Shown one piece after another: positions 20,452 to 31,092 of a stretch of 64,000 bases of DNA; position 1 is the stretch's first letter, and each line of letters opens with the position of its first letter. The notes under the pieces were generated by a model. It was not told the origin of the DNA. It saw only the letters and a program-made list of their open reading frames with translations, and ran no database searches. The stretch spans positions 2,132,892-2,196,891 of the forward strand of contig CBDCMT010000001.1 of NCBI GenBank assembly GCA_965219095.1. The letters are read 5' to 3'. A program made the position numbers and the translations under genes. Origin of the DNA: Bdellovibrionales bacterium (GTDB lineage Bacteria > Bdellovibrionota > Bdellovibrionia > Bdellovibrionales > UBA1609).

Positions 20452-21142
20452 AAAATTTCAAAGAAACTATGGATATATCCTTATGTTGTATGAAAAAACT
20501 TGTGATTTCTTTTATATTTTTTATATGAATTTCTATGAGGTTTTTAATAACCTTTAAATAAGGTTTCATTGAATGCAAATGAATTAAGTAGTGGTGCCTA
20601 TGTTCTTTAGGGTCATCCACATGTTTATGGGAATTGATGTAATTTTCATAAGATTCTAAATAAGCTTTTAGATGTTTTTGGCTTTCGTCCTTATAGTAAT
20701 CTTCATTTGTGTTATAAGCTTTAAAGTTTGTAGGAGGCGTTAAGGTTCTTTCAAGAATGTCTGTTTCTAAAATTTGTATAGTATTTTCCACCCAAGCCAT
20801 GTGGGTATCGAATACCTTCCGCATTTCTTCTAAATGACTGATTTTCTCCTTTATGTAATTTCCGTATTGTTTAAAGTAATTTTCAGAAATGTTTTGAGTT
20901 TCTTTTATTTTATGACAATTTGATTCTATTTGCTCTACTTTTTCTGAATACTGTATGATTTGAGGATGAAAAACTTTCAAGTCATCATGTATACTCTCTA
21001 AAGAATTAGAAATAGCCTCTCTCAACTTTAATTCCTGTGTAGCTTGTACTGTACTTAGAAAGCTGAATAAGGGAATCAAAAAGATTTGTGTTAATATGTC
21101 TTTTATCATTTTTTTTAAATGCATTATATTAAATAATAACAT
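20450..21142 (-). CDS. Hypothetical secreted protein, alpha-helical, His-rich C-terminus
   Basis: 230-codon ORF with signal-peptide-like MIKDILTQIFLIPLFSFLSTVQA; followed by a terminator; no recognised family. Confidence 0.6.
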   Translation of the reverse strand: MLLFNIMHLKKMIKDILTQIFLIPLFSFLSTVQATQELKLREAISNSLESIHDDLKVFHPQIIQYSEKVEQIESNCHKIKETQNISENYFKQYGNYIKEKISHLEEMRKVFDTHMAWVENTIQILETDILERTLTPPTNFKAYNTNEDYYKDESQKHLKAYLESYENYINSHKHVDDPKEHRHHYLIHLHSMKPYLKVIKNLIEIHIKNIKEITSFFIQHKDISIVSLKF

Positions 21143-21335
21143 AAAAAATCTACAAATGATAGAAAATTTATTATTGGTTTTTGTATGTGAAATGACCTAT
21201 GGGACTACTGATAAAATATCAACAAATATAGGACTCACTTTGAAATAATTACACATCTTAAACGTAAGTCAGTTATCTGACCGCCCTATCTGAGCTTAAA
21301 TTTCTCTTATAAGTTTTTCTTAGAGGGAGGATTTT

Positions 21336-21665
21336 ATGGAAGAAGGGATTAATTTAAAAAAGAAGATACAGCTTTGTCGAGAGGAAAATTCCAACAAGAA
21401 GCTTATACGCTACCCAGAAGCTCTTAAGAGAGAGATTCTAGATTTTTTGAAAGAGGAAAAGGTTTTTAAATTTTGTAAAGAGACAAAAGTCACCTCCTCC
21501 ACGATCAATAACTGGAAGAAGTCTTATGTTTCAACAGTATCCCCTAAGAAGTCTCTTTTTAAGGCCGTTTCTTTGAAAAAGGAAAGCTTATGTGAGGATA
21601 AGAAGGTCTTAGTCTTAAAGGGTCTAGATTGGGAAGAGATTTTAGAATTAGTGAAGAATTTATGA
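21336..21665 (+). CDS. IS66 accessory protein TnpA (HTH)
   Basis: RYPEALKREIL..FCKETKVTSSTINNWKK; first ORF inside the IS66 ends. Confidence 0.65.
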   Translation: MEEGINLKKKIQLCREENSNKKLIRYPEALKREILDFLKEEKVFKFCKETKVTSSTINNWKKSYVSTVSPKKSLFKAVSLKKESLCEDKKVLVLKGLDWEEILELVKNL

Positions 21666-21991
21666 TCTTTTTTTCTGAAGGCTATCGTATTTTTGTCTGC
21701 TCTCGAAAGATAGATATGCGATGGAGTTTTGAGAGGTTAAGTTATTTGGTAAGAAGTGAGATGAAAGGTGAGATCAACTTGGGAGATCTTTATCTCTTTC
21801 TAGGTTTTAACAGAAAGAGGTTAAAGGGTCTGTTCTATGATGGGAGTGATCTTGTTTTACTAACAAAGAGGATGGAGAAAAAAAGGTTTATGAGTTTAAG
21901 TGATTTAAGTTTTCCCCAATTAACAAGGAGTGAGCTTAAGCTTTTAGTTCATGGTTCGATTTTAAGAAAGTACGAACCTGAGAAAAGATAA
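21662..21991 (+). CDS. tnpB: IS66 accessory protein TnpB
   Basis: IDMRWSFERL..GDLYLFLGFNRKRLKGLFYDGSDLVLLTKRME. Confidence 0.85.
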   Translation: MIFFSEGYRIFVCSRKIDMRWSFERLSYLVRSEMKGEINLGDLYLFLGFNRKRLKGLFYDGSDLVLLTKRMEKKRFMSLSDLSFPQLTRSELKLLVHGSILRKYEPEKR

Positions 21992-22050
21992 TTTTTTTAG
22001 ATTATTTTTTTTTAAAATCTTGCAAAACAAAAAAAGACATGTTGACATTA

Positions 22051-23105
22051 ATGTATGCAAATGAGTCTTTTTCCTTATTTAAAAAAAAAAGCGAAAACCC
22101 TGAATACAAACATCTTCCTTCGTTTGTTCGAGAGGAAAAAGACTCAGAAAATATAAAGTTGATTTTCAATGAATTCATTCACCTTTATAAAAAAAAAATT
22201 AAATGAGCTTAAGAAGAAAAAAGAATTAAAGAAGATCAATTAAAGCTTTTTAATGATGAACAGCTTAGTAAGTTCAAGAAAATAGTATTTGGAAAATCCA
22301 GTGAAAAAAGAAAACTATCTTCTCGTAGTAGAAAGAAGCTTAAAAAGACAATTCTTCTTGAAGCTGAGAGTTTAGTTCCTGCTCCTAAGGAAGAGGAGAT
22401 GAAGGCTGATCTTCCCCTAAAAAAGTGGACAGTTTTTATTACTTTAGTGAGAGCCGTTCAGCGTGTTCTGTTAAAGAACTCTTAGGCTCTTATAAGGGGC
22501 TTATTTTAACAGATGGATACGTTAGTTATAAAACACACTTTAAGGATGAAAAGGGAATTGATCTTGCTTTTTGTTGGTCTCATGCGAGAAGAAAGTTTAT
22601 TGACATAGAACAGAATTACCCTAAGGAGTGTGGAAAAGTATTAAAGCTTATGGGGGAGATTTTTAAAGTTGAATCAAAGGCAAAAACTTATGAAGAGCTC
22701 AAAAGTTTAAGACAAACAGAATCAAAGGATTTAGTTTTTAAACTTCAGGATCTGTATTATAAGCTTTATGGAAAAGCTCGTCCTGAGAGTGGGTTAAAAA
22801 AGGCTATTGATTATAGCTTTAATCACTGGGATGGCTTAAATTTATTTTTAGAAAATGAGAAAATTCCTATGACCAACAATGAAGCAGAAAGAACGATTCG
22901 ACATTCTGTGATGGGAAGAAAGAACTTTCATGGATCAAGGACTCAGAGAGGGGCTGAAACAGCAGCAGTGCTTTACACTATTGTGGAAAGTTGTAAGAAG
23001 GTGGAATTAGATCCTAAGGACTATATTTTAATGGTTGTGGGAAACTCCCTCGATAAGATACCTATTAAAACGCCTTTTGAGTATACAAGTGAGCTTCGTT
23101 CTTAA
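22051..23105 (+). pseudogene. IS66 transposase TnpC; frameshifted N-terminus, centre lost at an IS3 end
   Basis: FGKSSEK remnant; C-terminal LILTDGY, AFCWSHARRKF, PMTNNEAERTIR..GRKN, TIVESCK. Confidence 0.85.
22407..22434 (+). mobile_element. Orphan IS3-family terminal repeat inside tnpC
   Basis: tgatcttcccctaaaaaagtggacagtt matches the IS3 end at 45798-45827 (reverse complement). Confidence 0.7.
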
Positions 23106-23409
23106 AGAATAAAGCACAAAGAAAATCAAAATTATGAAAAAAAACTAAGAATTATTCTTTTAAGAACTTCTCTAATACTTTTGTAACGGGGAAGGCCTTA
23201 GGAAAACGTCTTACAACGCCGTTTTACAACAAGATCAATAAAAACTTCTCCTTTAAAATCTAAGAAATATCCTCCTCAGTAGAAGTCAAGGGCTGTTAAG
23301 AAACTGACTTATCGAAAACCCAACCCCCTTTTTTTATATTGAAATAAAGAGGCGATAAGGAATAGGTTTGTCAATAATAGTCAACCTAGACTTCTTGAAT
23401 AAAGTTTAT

Positions 23410-24900
23410 TTAATACAGTTTCATTTGTGAAAATCTAGACATAAATTCTTCCATGTCTTTTATACTACTAGATAGTTCTGCCATAGAAAGTAGGCTGAAC
23501 AGTTCAGCGATTCGGAAAGAAATTCTACGAGCTTTTTTTTCTTCTTGGATTATACCTTTTGGCATAAGTTGGGATAACTCTTGCAAGATATGAGAAGCAA
23601 GTGGGATGGTTTTTGATTGTATAATGTCAAAACTTTCTGGATATTTTTTAAAAACTCGTACAACATCAAGGCTTAATACGTTGGTAGTTCCCTCCCAAAT
23701 AGAAAAAACTTGAGTATCTCTTAATCGGCGTGGTAGATCGGTATCCTCAATATAACCTGCTCCTCCAAAGCTTTCTAAAACCTCACTGACAACCTTTAAG
23801 CACACTTTAGCTGTGAAAAGTTTGACAACAGGAGTAAGAAGCCTCCATAAAATGATTTCTTCTTCAGAAGCTTTTTTTAACTCTACTTTTTCAAAAAGTT
23901 TTACAACATAAAAAGTAAAACAAAAGCAAGCTCTTGTTTGTGCTTCTAAATCATCTAAAGTTTCCTTATGGAGAGAGTGTTCTATGAGAGTTTTGCCAAA
24001 GGCCTGTCGTTTCAGAGCGTAATCTTGAGCTAATAACAAAGCACTCCTTGCTTCACTGATAGCACAAACTGCATTGTAAAGACGAGTGGTGTTTAAAACA
24101 GGAGATATGTTTTTAATTCCCTCGCCTAGTTCTCCTACGAGATAAGCTGGTGTTCTTTCAAGCTCTAACTCTGCTGTAGGTAAAGCCTTCGTTCCTAACT
24201 TATCCTTAAGTCTTCTGATTTTTATATTTTGAAGCCTTCCCTTTTCATCTTTTAAACAAATAGCAAATAAACTTAAACCTTGATGTGTTTTAGCCAAAGC
24301 TAAAGACATATGCGATGTTGTAGCCGAAGAAAACCACTTTTGCCCTTTTAAATAGTACAAACCCTCTGAAAAGGATGCTTCGGTAAATGTTCTAGACACA
24401 TCAGAGCCTCCTGTTATTTCTGTCATCCATTGTCCTGATGTCCAAAAAAAATGAGGATCACGGCTTAACAGATGAGGAATAAAAATCTTCTTTACCTGAG
24501 AGTTAGCTTTTTTTTCTAAAGCTAAAACAGCTCCGTCTGTCATAGCTAAAGGGCAGGAAAAAAACGCACTCATGTGATGGAACACATAAATATGCGACAT
24601 TTGATAAAGACGTGCATGAGGTGTGTTTTCATAAGTCATGGCAATCAAACCCTCTTTAGCAGAAAAGTCGTGCATACTTTGCCATAAAGCTGAAAGCTCT
24701 ATTTTATCACTTCTTTTTCCCCAAGGATCATAAGGTATGTGCTGAGGGTAATGGTAATGAATCCGAGAGTCCCAATTAAGTTTCTTACTAAAACTTTCAA
24801 GACGGCTGAGGTCTTTTATGTGTTGCTTCAAATAAGTTTGCAAAAGAGGGTCACCTTTAAAAAGACAAGGTTTTTGAGGAGGGGTTTGATAAAAACTCAT
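23410..24900 (-). CDS. Acyl-CoA dehydrogenase, AidB-like subfamily
   Basis: CPLAMTDGA, TSGQWMTEITGGSDV, LKGQKWFSSA, RLKDKLGTKALPTAELEL, FGGAGYIED, IWEGTTNVL. Confidence 0.9.
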   Translation of the reverse strand: MSFYQTPPQKPCLFKGDPLLQTYLKQHIKDLSRLESFSKKLNWDSRIHYHYPQHIPYDPWGKRSDKIELSALWQSMHDFSAKEGLIAMTYENTPHARLYQMSHIYVFHHMSAFFSCPLAMTDGAVLALEKKANSQVKKIFIPHLLSRDPHFFWTSGQWMTEITGGSDVSRTFTEASFSEGLYYLKGQKWFSSATTSHMSLALAKTHQGLSLFAICLKDEKGRLQNIKIRRLKDKLGTKALPTAELELERTPAYLVGELGEGIKNISPVLNTTRLYNAVCAISEARSALLLAQDYALKRQAFGKTLIEHSLHKETLDDLEAQTRACFCFTFYVVKLFEKVELKKASEEEIILWRLLTPVVKLFTAKVCLKVVSEVLESFGGAGYIEDTDLPRRLRDTQVFSIWEGTTNVLSLDVVRVFKKYPESFDIIQSKTIPLASHILQELSQLMPKGIIQEEKKARRISFRIAELFSLLSMAELSSSIKDMEEFMSRFSQMKLY

Positions 24901-25784
24901 GAACCTAACTTCCAGTTCATAAAGTTTTCTCTTTGATGAATAGGGATATACTTTCCTTTTTCATTTTTAGAAATTTGAGAAAGTGCATATTGGCTATCAT
25001 GAGTATAAAACAAATACCAAGAGTCTTTGCAAGCTCTTTTATAAAGACTTTGTTTTTCATCAATGACCTTTTCAGGATAACGATCGTAACCCATAGTTAA
25101 AGGGAGGTGTAACCAAGGGATTCCAGGAATTAAATCTCCGGCAAAAAACACAAGATCTTTGTGTTTTTTAAAACCTACATGAAGTTGTCCCGGTGTATGT
25201 CCATAACTTAAATGAAAGAAAAGTTCTTCAGGAAGCTTTTCAGGTTTTTTATCCTTTTTCACAACCAAAAGCCTTTTTGATTCCTTAAGTAAGGGTACAA
25301 GAGAGGGTATAAAAGAAGCCCTATCTCTTAAATGAGGTTTTTGAGCACGTTCTAAAGCCACATCCCCTACAACATAACAAGCTTTAGGAAACAAAAGCCT
25401 TGGTTTTTTGTCAGGATCATAAACTGATAAAAGTCCTCCCGCATGATCGAAGTGCAGATGAGATAAAATGACAAAATCAATATCTTCTTCGTTGAGGCCT
25501 ATGTTCTTTAAATTCTCTAAAAGAATATGGGTTTTAGGGTTTTGAACACCATACCTTTCAGCTAAAGAAGGTTCAAAAAAAGCTCCAATCCCTGTTTCGC
25601 AAAGAATGTTTACAGAGCCTATTTGAGCAAGCAAAGCTCTACAAGCTAGAGGGATACGGTTTTTTTCATCAGAAGGAAGCCATTTCTTCCATAATTCTTT
25701 AGGAACGTTTCCAAACATAGCTCCCCCATCTAATAGCTGACGATTACCTTCAATAGAGGATAAAATGATAGATTCTTTCATCAT
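24897..25784 (-). CDS. MBL-fold metallo-hydrolase, YtnP-like
   Basis: LDGGAMFGNVPK, SHLHFDHAGG (HxHxDH), GHTPG, GDL, HD. Confidence 0.88.
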   Translation of the reverse strand: MMKESIILSSIEGNRQLLDGGAMFGNVPKELWKKWLPSDEKNRIPLACRALLAQIGSVNILCETGIGAFFEPSLAERYGVQNPKTHILLENLKNIGLNEEDIDFVILSHLHFDHAGGLLSVYDPDKKPRLLFPKACYVVGDVALERAQKPHLRDRASFIPSLVPLLKESKRLLVVKKDKKPEKLPEELFFHLSYGHTPGQLHVGFKKHKDLVFFAGDLIPGIPWLHLPLTMGYDRYPEKVIDEKQSLYKRACKDSWYLFYTHDSQYALSQISKNEKGKYIPIHQRENFMNWKLGS

Positions 25785-25879
25785 TAAGTATTATAGCATA
25801 AGCTTTCATTTAATCACTACAATGCGTTAAAAACGTCTCATTTTTTCTTCTATAGACATAAGAAAATCCCTTAGAGATA

Positions 25880-27733
25880 ATGAAGTGTATGTCTCAAACA
25901 CGCCCTTCTTCAGGCCTCCACTGGATCATTGCAACAGGAATTGTAGGGGCCGATATTGGAACGTCTGTTTTTTATGGTACAGGTATTTTGTTCCCCATTG
26001 TAGGTTACTGGGCACCTTTTTTTATTTTACTTGTGTGTTTTATGATGTGGTTTTTTAAGCGAACCTATGAAGAGGGTTTAGCTTTAAGTCCTTATAACGG
26101 TGGATCTTATTCCATGGTTTTGAGAAGTTTAGGACGAAGAGTAGCTGTTCTTATAGGAGCTATGACAGTGCTTTCTTACCTTGCTACAGCTACTGTGAGT
26201 TCTCTTTCAGGAGCGTATTATTTCTCAACGCTTTGGGAAAGCTCTTTTGACTCTTCCACCATTGTGCTTATGGCTTTTTTTCCTCTTGTTTTTTTTGGCA
26301 TCTTGAACTCAAGAGGTATTAAAGAACCTGCAAAACTTGTGACTGTGATCACGGCCTTGCATTTTGCACTTTTAACCATCATGGCTTTATGGGGTCTTTT
26401 TTATTTAGCTTTTCATTACGAAGCTATTGATTTTACAAGGCTTCAAAACTTACAGTTGAGAAAAGAGTTTACTTTAGGACTTTTTGTTTACGGAGTGGCG
26501 GCTGCTTTTCTAGGGATTACAGGTTTTGAATCAGCGGCACAAATTGTAGAGGAATTACAAGCTCCGGCCCTCCTTACTGTCAAACGCCTTTATAAGGCTG
26601 TGATTCTTCTTGTGTCTTTCACTGCTCCTCTTATTTCTTTTTTGTGTTTGATGATTCTTACAAAAAACGAAGTGAACCAAAACCTCGATTCTCTTCTTTC
26701 AGCCTTAGCTCATAAACTAGGAGGACGTGGTTTTGTGACGGTAATTGTAGTGGATGCAACTTTAACTCTTTTTGCAGCCACTAACACAGCTTTTGTAGGA
26801 TTCATTGGTCTCGCCACCACTATGGCCAAACAAGGAAATTTACCTCTTTTTCTTCTATCTCGCTTCCAACATCATTTTCCCTCCGTAAAAGGCTACCCTT
26901 TTATTGCTTTACCTTTTATGTTAATTGCCATGCTCATGACAGCTTTCGTTACAGGGGAAATTGAAGTTGTGGCTAAAGTTTATGAAATTTCTTTTATTTT
27001 TGTCATGGTGAGTTTCTGTATAGGTGTGATTCTTATGAGAAATAGGAAAATTAGAAACAACATTCAAACAGAATACCTTTCCACTTGGATCTTAAAAATA
27101 AAAAATAAAAAAATCCCTATTATACCTTTAGCTTCAGCTCTTGTTTTACTTACAGCTAATGTGGTTTTGTTCTTAAATTCATCAAACCAAGTACATCTTA
27201 TGTTGCTTTTTCTCCTGTCTTTTACTCTTTTGATTATGATCTACTACCGATGGGGGGTTTTAGAGAAACGTTTAGAAACTCACAGTGACTTGCGTTTAGG
27301 ATTAGGAGTTTATTCGCGAGTCATGGACCTCCCTCACGACTTAAAGAAGTATGTTCTTTGTGCTGGAGGTGTAAATGTGAGGCGACTCATCAACCAGTGT
27401 ATTGAAGTTCTCTTAAAGAGGGAGGAAAAATTTGAGCTTATCATTTTTCATGCAGAAGACAGTCCTGAAGAAGAAAAGGAATCCTTTTTCTTTGAATTGC
27501 TTCAAAGAGTGATTTCTCAGCAAATCGCCCCCCTCTATGAAAAACGAGGAGACTTTATTTTAACAGTCAAAGTTTTACCAGGAGGCCTTGAAGAAGGTTT
27601 ACAAGGTCTTAAAAAAATCACTCATATTGAAAGAATTTTTTTAGGAGTGGGACGTACTTTAGAGGGAACACAAAAAGCCTCTCAGTCCATTTCTTCTGAA
27701 ATTCAAATTGAAACAGAAATCATAGAAAGGTAG
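25880..27733 (+). CDS. APC-family permease with soluble C-terminal domain
   Basis: About 12 TM segments; GADIGTSVFYG, NGGSY, ITGFESAAQIVEE. Confidence 0.8.
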   Translation: MKCMSQTRPSSGLHWIIATGIVGADIGTSVFYGTGILFPIVGYWAPFFILLVCFMMWFFKRTYEEGLALSPYNGGSYSMVLRSLGRRVAVLIGAMTVLSYLATATVSSLSGAYYFSTLWESSFDSSTIVLMAFFPLVFFGILNSRGIKEPAKLVTVITALHFALLTIMALWGLFYLAFHYEAIDFTRLQNLQLRKEFTLGLFVYGVAAAFLGITGFESAAQIVEELQAPALLTVKRLYKAVILLVSFTAPLISFLCLMILTKNEVNQNLDSLLSALAHKLGGRGFVTVIVVDATLTLFAATNTAFVGFIGLATTMAKQGNLPLFLLSRFQHHFPSVKGYPFIALPFMLIAMLMTAFVTGEIEVVAKVYEISFIFVMVSFCIGVILMRNRKIRNNIQTEYLSTWILKIKNKKIPIIPLASALVLLTANVVLFLNSSNQVHLMLLFLLSFTLLIMIYYRWGVLEKRLETHSDLRLGLGVYSRVMDLPHDLKKYVLCAGGVNVRRLINQCIEVLLKREEKFELIIFHAEDSPEEEKESFFFELLQRVISQQIAPLYEKRGDFILTVKVLPGGLEEGLQGLKKITHIERIFLGVGRTLEGTQKASQSISSEIQIETEIIER

Positions 27734-27738
27734 AGTTT

Positions 27739-28779
27739 ATGACAAAGAAAATAGGTATTTTAGGGGGAGGTCAGTTAGCTCGCATGCTCACACAAGAGGC
27801 TCTTCCTATGGGCTTAGAAATCCATGCCTTATCGGAGAGTAAAGATGATCCTGTTGCAAAGGTTTGCCCTTTGTGGAAAAAAGGCTCGTTGAAATCAAAA
27901 AGAGATTTAAAAAAATTTTCGGAAAGAATGGATCTTCTTACTTTTGAAAGTGAATTCTTGAACACAAATCTCTTAAAAACTTTTAAAATAAAACCATCTT
28001 TGCGTCTTATGACAATCTTACAAGATAAACTTCATCAAAAACTCTTTTTAGAAGAATACAAACTTCCTGTGACTCCCCTTAAAAAAAATCTTCTCTTTCC
28101 TTTTGTGGTAAAGCTCAGAAAACTCAGCTACGATGGTTATGGCACTTTCTTCGTTAACAATTTTGCAGATTTCACAAAACATTCTCTAAACTTTCGGAGC
28201 AAGGAATTTTTGTGGGAAGAAAAAATAGACTTTAAACGAGAATTAGCCATTACGGCTGTTAGAAATAAGAAAAAACAAATTGTTTTCACACCTCTTGTGG
28301 AAACCTTTCAAGAAAAGGGGCGATGTCTCTGGGTCAAAGGGCCTATTCACTTTAAAAAAATAAAAGGAGTAAAAGAAAAAATCAGAAGATTTTTAAACAA
28401 GATCCAATACGAAGGAGCAATGAGTTTTGAATTTTTTGAAACAAAAAATAAAGAACTTTTCATTAACGAAGTAGCTCCTCGTGTTCATAATTCTTGTCAT
28501 TACTCTTTAGATGCTCTCAGTGAAAGTCAGTTTGTCCTTCATTTAAAAGCCATTTTAAATGAAAATTTGACAGAACCGAAACTCCTCTGCAAAAAATTTT
28601 GTATGGTGAATCTTCTATCGACAGGAAGAAAAAAAATCAAGTTGAGTTGGCCTCAACATGTCCATGTTTATTGGTATGGGAAAAAACACAACAAACCTTA
28701 TAGAAAAATGGGACATATCACTTGTTTAAATCAACCTCTAAGTTTTTTACAAACAAAAAGAAAGGAATTTTTATTATGA
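27739..28779 (+). CDS. purK: N5-carboxyaminoimidazole ribonucleotide synthase
   Basis: [38 protein letters not shown]. Confidence 0.93.
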   Translation: MTKKIGILGGGQLARMLTQEALPMGLEIHALSESKDDPVAKVCPLWKKGSLKSKRDLKKFSERMDLLTFESEFLNTNLLKTFKIKPSLRLMTILQDKLHQKLFLEEYKLPVTPLKKNLLFPFVVKLRKLSYDGYGTFFVNNFADFTKHSLNFRSKEFLWEEKIDFKRELAITAVRNKKKQIVFTPLVETFQEKGRCLWVKGPIHFKKIKGVKEKIRRFLNKIQYEGAMSFEFFETKNKELFINEVAPRVHNSCHYSLDALSESQFVLHLKAILNENLTEPKLLCKKFCMVNLLSTGRKKIKLSWPQHVHVYWYGKKHNKPYRKMGHITCLNQPLSFLQTKRKEFLL

Positions 28780-29261
28780 AAGTAGCTATTATTATGGGAA
28801 GTGATTCCGATTTACCAAAAATGAAGGAAGGAATTAAACTTTTAAAACAAATGAAGGTTCCCTTAGAGGTAAAAATTGTATCAGCCCACAGAACTCCTTC
28901 TTTTATGAAAGATTATGCTGAAAAAGCTAAAAAAAGAGGGATTCAGATTATCATCGCAGGTGCTGGCGGCTCAGCTCATTTACCCGGCATGGTAGCCTCT
29001 CTCTCTCACTTACCTGTGATAGGAGTTCCCATTGAAACTAAAAAACTTAAAGGTCTTGATTCCTTACTTTCAATAGCACAGATGCCCAAAGGAGTTCCTG
29101 TGGCCACTATGGCTATTGATAATTCCTTTAACGCTAGCCTCATGGCAATAAGGATTTTATCTCTTCATAACAAATCGCTTCATAAAAGACTCGAAGCTTT
29201 TCAGAAAAAACAAGCTTACAAAGTGTCAAAAGCAAATCAAAAATTAAAACGTCTCTTTTAG
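28776..29261 (+). CDS. purE: N5-CAIR mutase
   Basis: [37 protein letters not shown]; ATGA overlap with purK. Confidence 0.95.
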   Translation: MKVAIIMGSDSDLPKMKEGIKLLKQMKVPLEVKIVSAHRTPSFMKDYAEKAKKRGIQIIIAGAGGSAHLPGMVASLSHLPVIGVPIETKKLKGLDSLLSIAQMPKGVPVATMAIDNSFNASLMAIRILSLHNKSLHKRLEAFQKKQAYKVSKANQKLKRLF

Positions 29262-29580
29262 GAGATAAAAGTCTTTTTTTAAAAACTTTTGAAGTGCTTA
29301 AGTTCATTCCATAAGCCTCTTATTTCGGATCTTTTCTTGCTTACTTTTTATTATAAGTAAAAAAGGGGGAACTATAGATAAATATCATTTACAATATGAA
29401 TTACAATACTTTGGACTTAATCCTAAAGAATGGTTATTCTGTGAACTGAAAAATAACACAGCCGTACTGGTGCATAAAAAACATACCTACTTTAAGTTAA
29501 AAGGCATTATTGAGAAAGATTCTTGGAAGACCATAGACTGTATCAGTTCTTTTTGAAAGATTTAAAAAGGAAAAAATATC

Positions 29581-29619
29581 TTTTTTTGTAAATAGGAAGT
29601 TTTTTTCTTGACATACTTT
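29581..29619 (+). repeat. Degenerate copy of an AT-rich dispersed repeat (others at 19858, 32941, 48958, 58204)
   Basis: ttttgtaaataggaagttttttcttgacatacttt versus tttttgtaaatggagaagtgttttttcttgacatacttt. Confidence 0.55.
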
Positions 29620-29713
29620 CTCATAGATGACTTCGGTCACAACATAAAATAAAAAAAGGACCATCTGTTAAGATAACCCCTTTTAAACATCTGGTTTTAG
29701 TGAAAAAGTGTTT

Positions 29714-30577
29714 TTACTGAAGAAGGAAAAGACCCATCAAGTTGTAAGCATTTTGAGTGGGAATTCCTATGTGAGTAGCTGCTTTTACAAAGAGCTTATG
29801 AATTTCAACAGGATCTGCTGTTGCTTGTTCCATCTCATCAAATGAAACTCCAGTCATTTCTTGTGCGTACCAATTAGCTGTCTTTCTATCCATGCTATCT
29901 GGATCAAGGCTTGCAAATTCCATAGCTAGCTCTGCTATTACTGGAGCTTTGTCTTCAGACACATTAAACTGAGTGCGTAAGATTTCAGAGAATTTTTCAA
30001 TTTTATTTTCTTCTATAAAACCAAGTTCCATTCCTGTATAGTAACCGTAAGTGCCTTTTGTATCGCTGTATTGTTTTCCTGTGTTAGGATCTGTATAAAT
30101 CTGATTAATAATATAGTACCGTATAATTGTATCTCCCTTTACTATGTGAAAAGGGATTTTAAAGATTCTTTTTGATTGTACAAGATTAGTTACAACGTTT
30201 TCCCTATAGTAAGAGCCAATATCAGGATGATTCGGGCCTGTAAAACGGTTAAGATTCACAGCCACATACCCACTCTCAAAGTTGTTTCTGTCATAATAAA
30301 TAGCATAACCTGTTTGGTTAGTCCATGCCCTTAGTAATACAGTATCGTACCTTACACCTTGCTTATGGAAAACCCTATTAAGCTCTTTTGCAAAAAGTCG
30401 AGCTAAGTTTAGATGATCTTCATTTTGTCTTGTCCCCTTATAGTCATCATAGTCATCACCTACGCCTACGCCTAAGTCTAGATGATCTCTATTTTGGCCA
30501 CCTCTATAGCCGCCGCAACCTACGAGTAAAAAAGCCCCAAGGATGATTGTCATTAAAGTTTTTGGTATTGTTTTCAT
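29714..30577 (-). CDS. Hypothetical lipoprotein
   Basis: SD aggagg; signal MKTIPKTLMTIILGAFLLVG-C with lipobox; helical C-terminus. Confidence 0.75.
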   Translation of the reverse strand: MKTIPKTLMTIILGAFLLVGCGGYRGGQNRDHLDLGVGVGDDYDDYKGTRQNEDHLNLARLFAKELNRVFHKQGVRYDTVLLRAWTNQTGYAIYYDRNNFESGYVAVNLNRFTGPNHPDIGSYYRENVVTNLVQSKRIFKIPFHIVKGDTIIRYYIINQIYTDPNTGKQYSDTKGTYGYYTGMELGFIEENKIEKFSEILRTQFNVSEDKAPVIAELAMEFASLDPDSMDRKTANWYAQEMTGVSFDEMEQATADPVEIHKLFVKAATHIGIPTQNAYNLMGLFLLQ

Positions 30578-31092
30578 ATTTCCTCCTTCATGTGTAAAGA
30601 TTAAACTTAAAAAAATTATATCCTTACTTTTATTTCATGTAAGTGTAGGAAAGAACTCTTACTTCTGTCGGTTTTATCTTTACCACTCACTTATGTTATA
30701 ACTACAAAGCTACTAGCAAACCTCTAATATTTTGTCAATAACCTTTTTAAAAAAATGTTTTAATATTTTGCAACATTTGTTTTGTTCTGACTTTGGTATA
30801 AATATATTAAAAGTTTTTTTGAACTTCATTTTTAATTACTGTGCGTTACATAGAAATCAGGGATTCATACCAGTAAAGATTTTAAAGCTTTCTTGCAAAA
30901 TAAAATTAAAATGTAGTGGAATAAAAAACATTTCAATGTGCTTGTTTTTACACTATGGATTGCACTGAAAAAGTGGAGTCAAAATTAATGTATACGCAAT
31001 GCATTAGTTCTAGATATAATGTGATAGGACAAAGACTTCCCAAAGGGATAACGAACATGAAAAGGATTATTACCTAAAATCCCTCTGAGTTA

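Larger units (their letters stand above)
21264..23312 (+). mobile_element. Classical three-gene IS66 element, tnpC internally deleted
   Basis: Ends gtaagtcagtt / aactgacttat; tnpA-tnpB-tnpC order. Confidence 0.88.

Noticed and set aside
21662-21991. TnpB as an RNA-guided nuclease
   Set aside because: This is the small IS66 accessory TnpB; it is unrelated to IS200/IS605 TnpB and has no RuvC motifs.
30732-30968. 78-aa ORF upstream of IS630 copy 2
   Set aside because: Very AT-rich, no recognisable motif or SD, ends in an IS3-like terminal fragment; cannot be supported as a gene.
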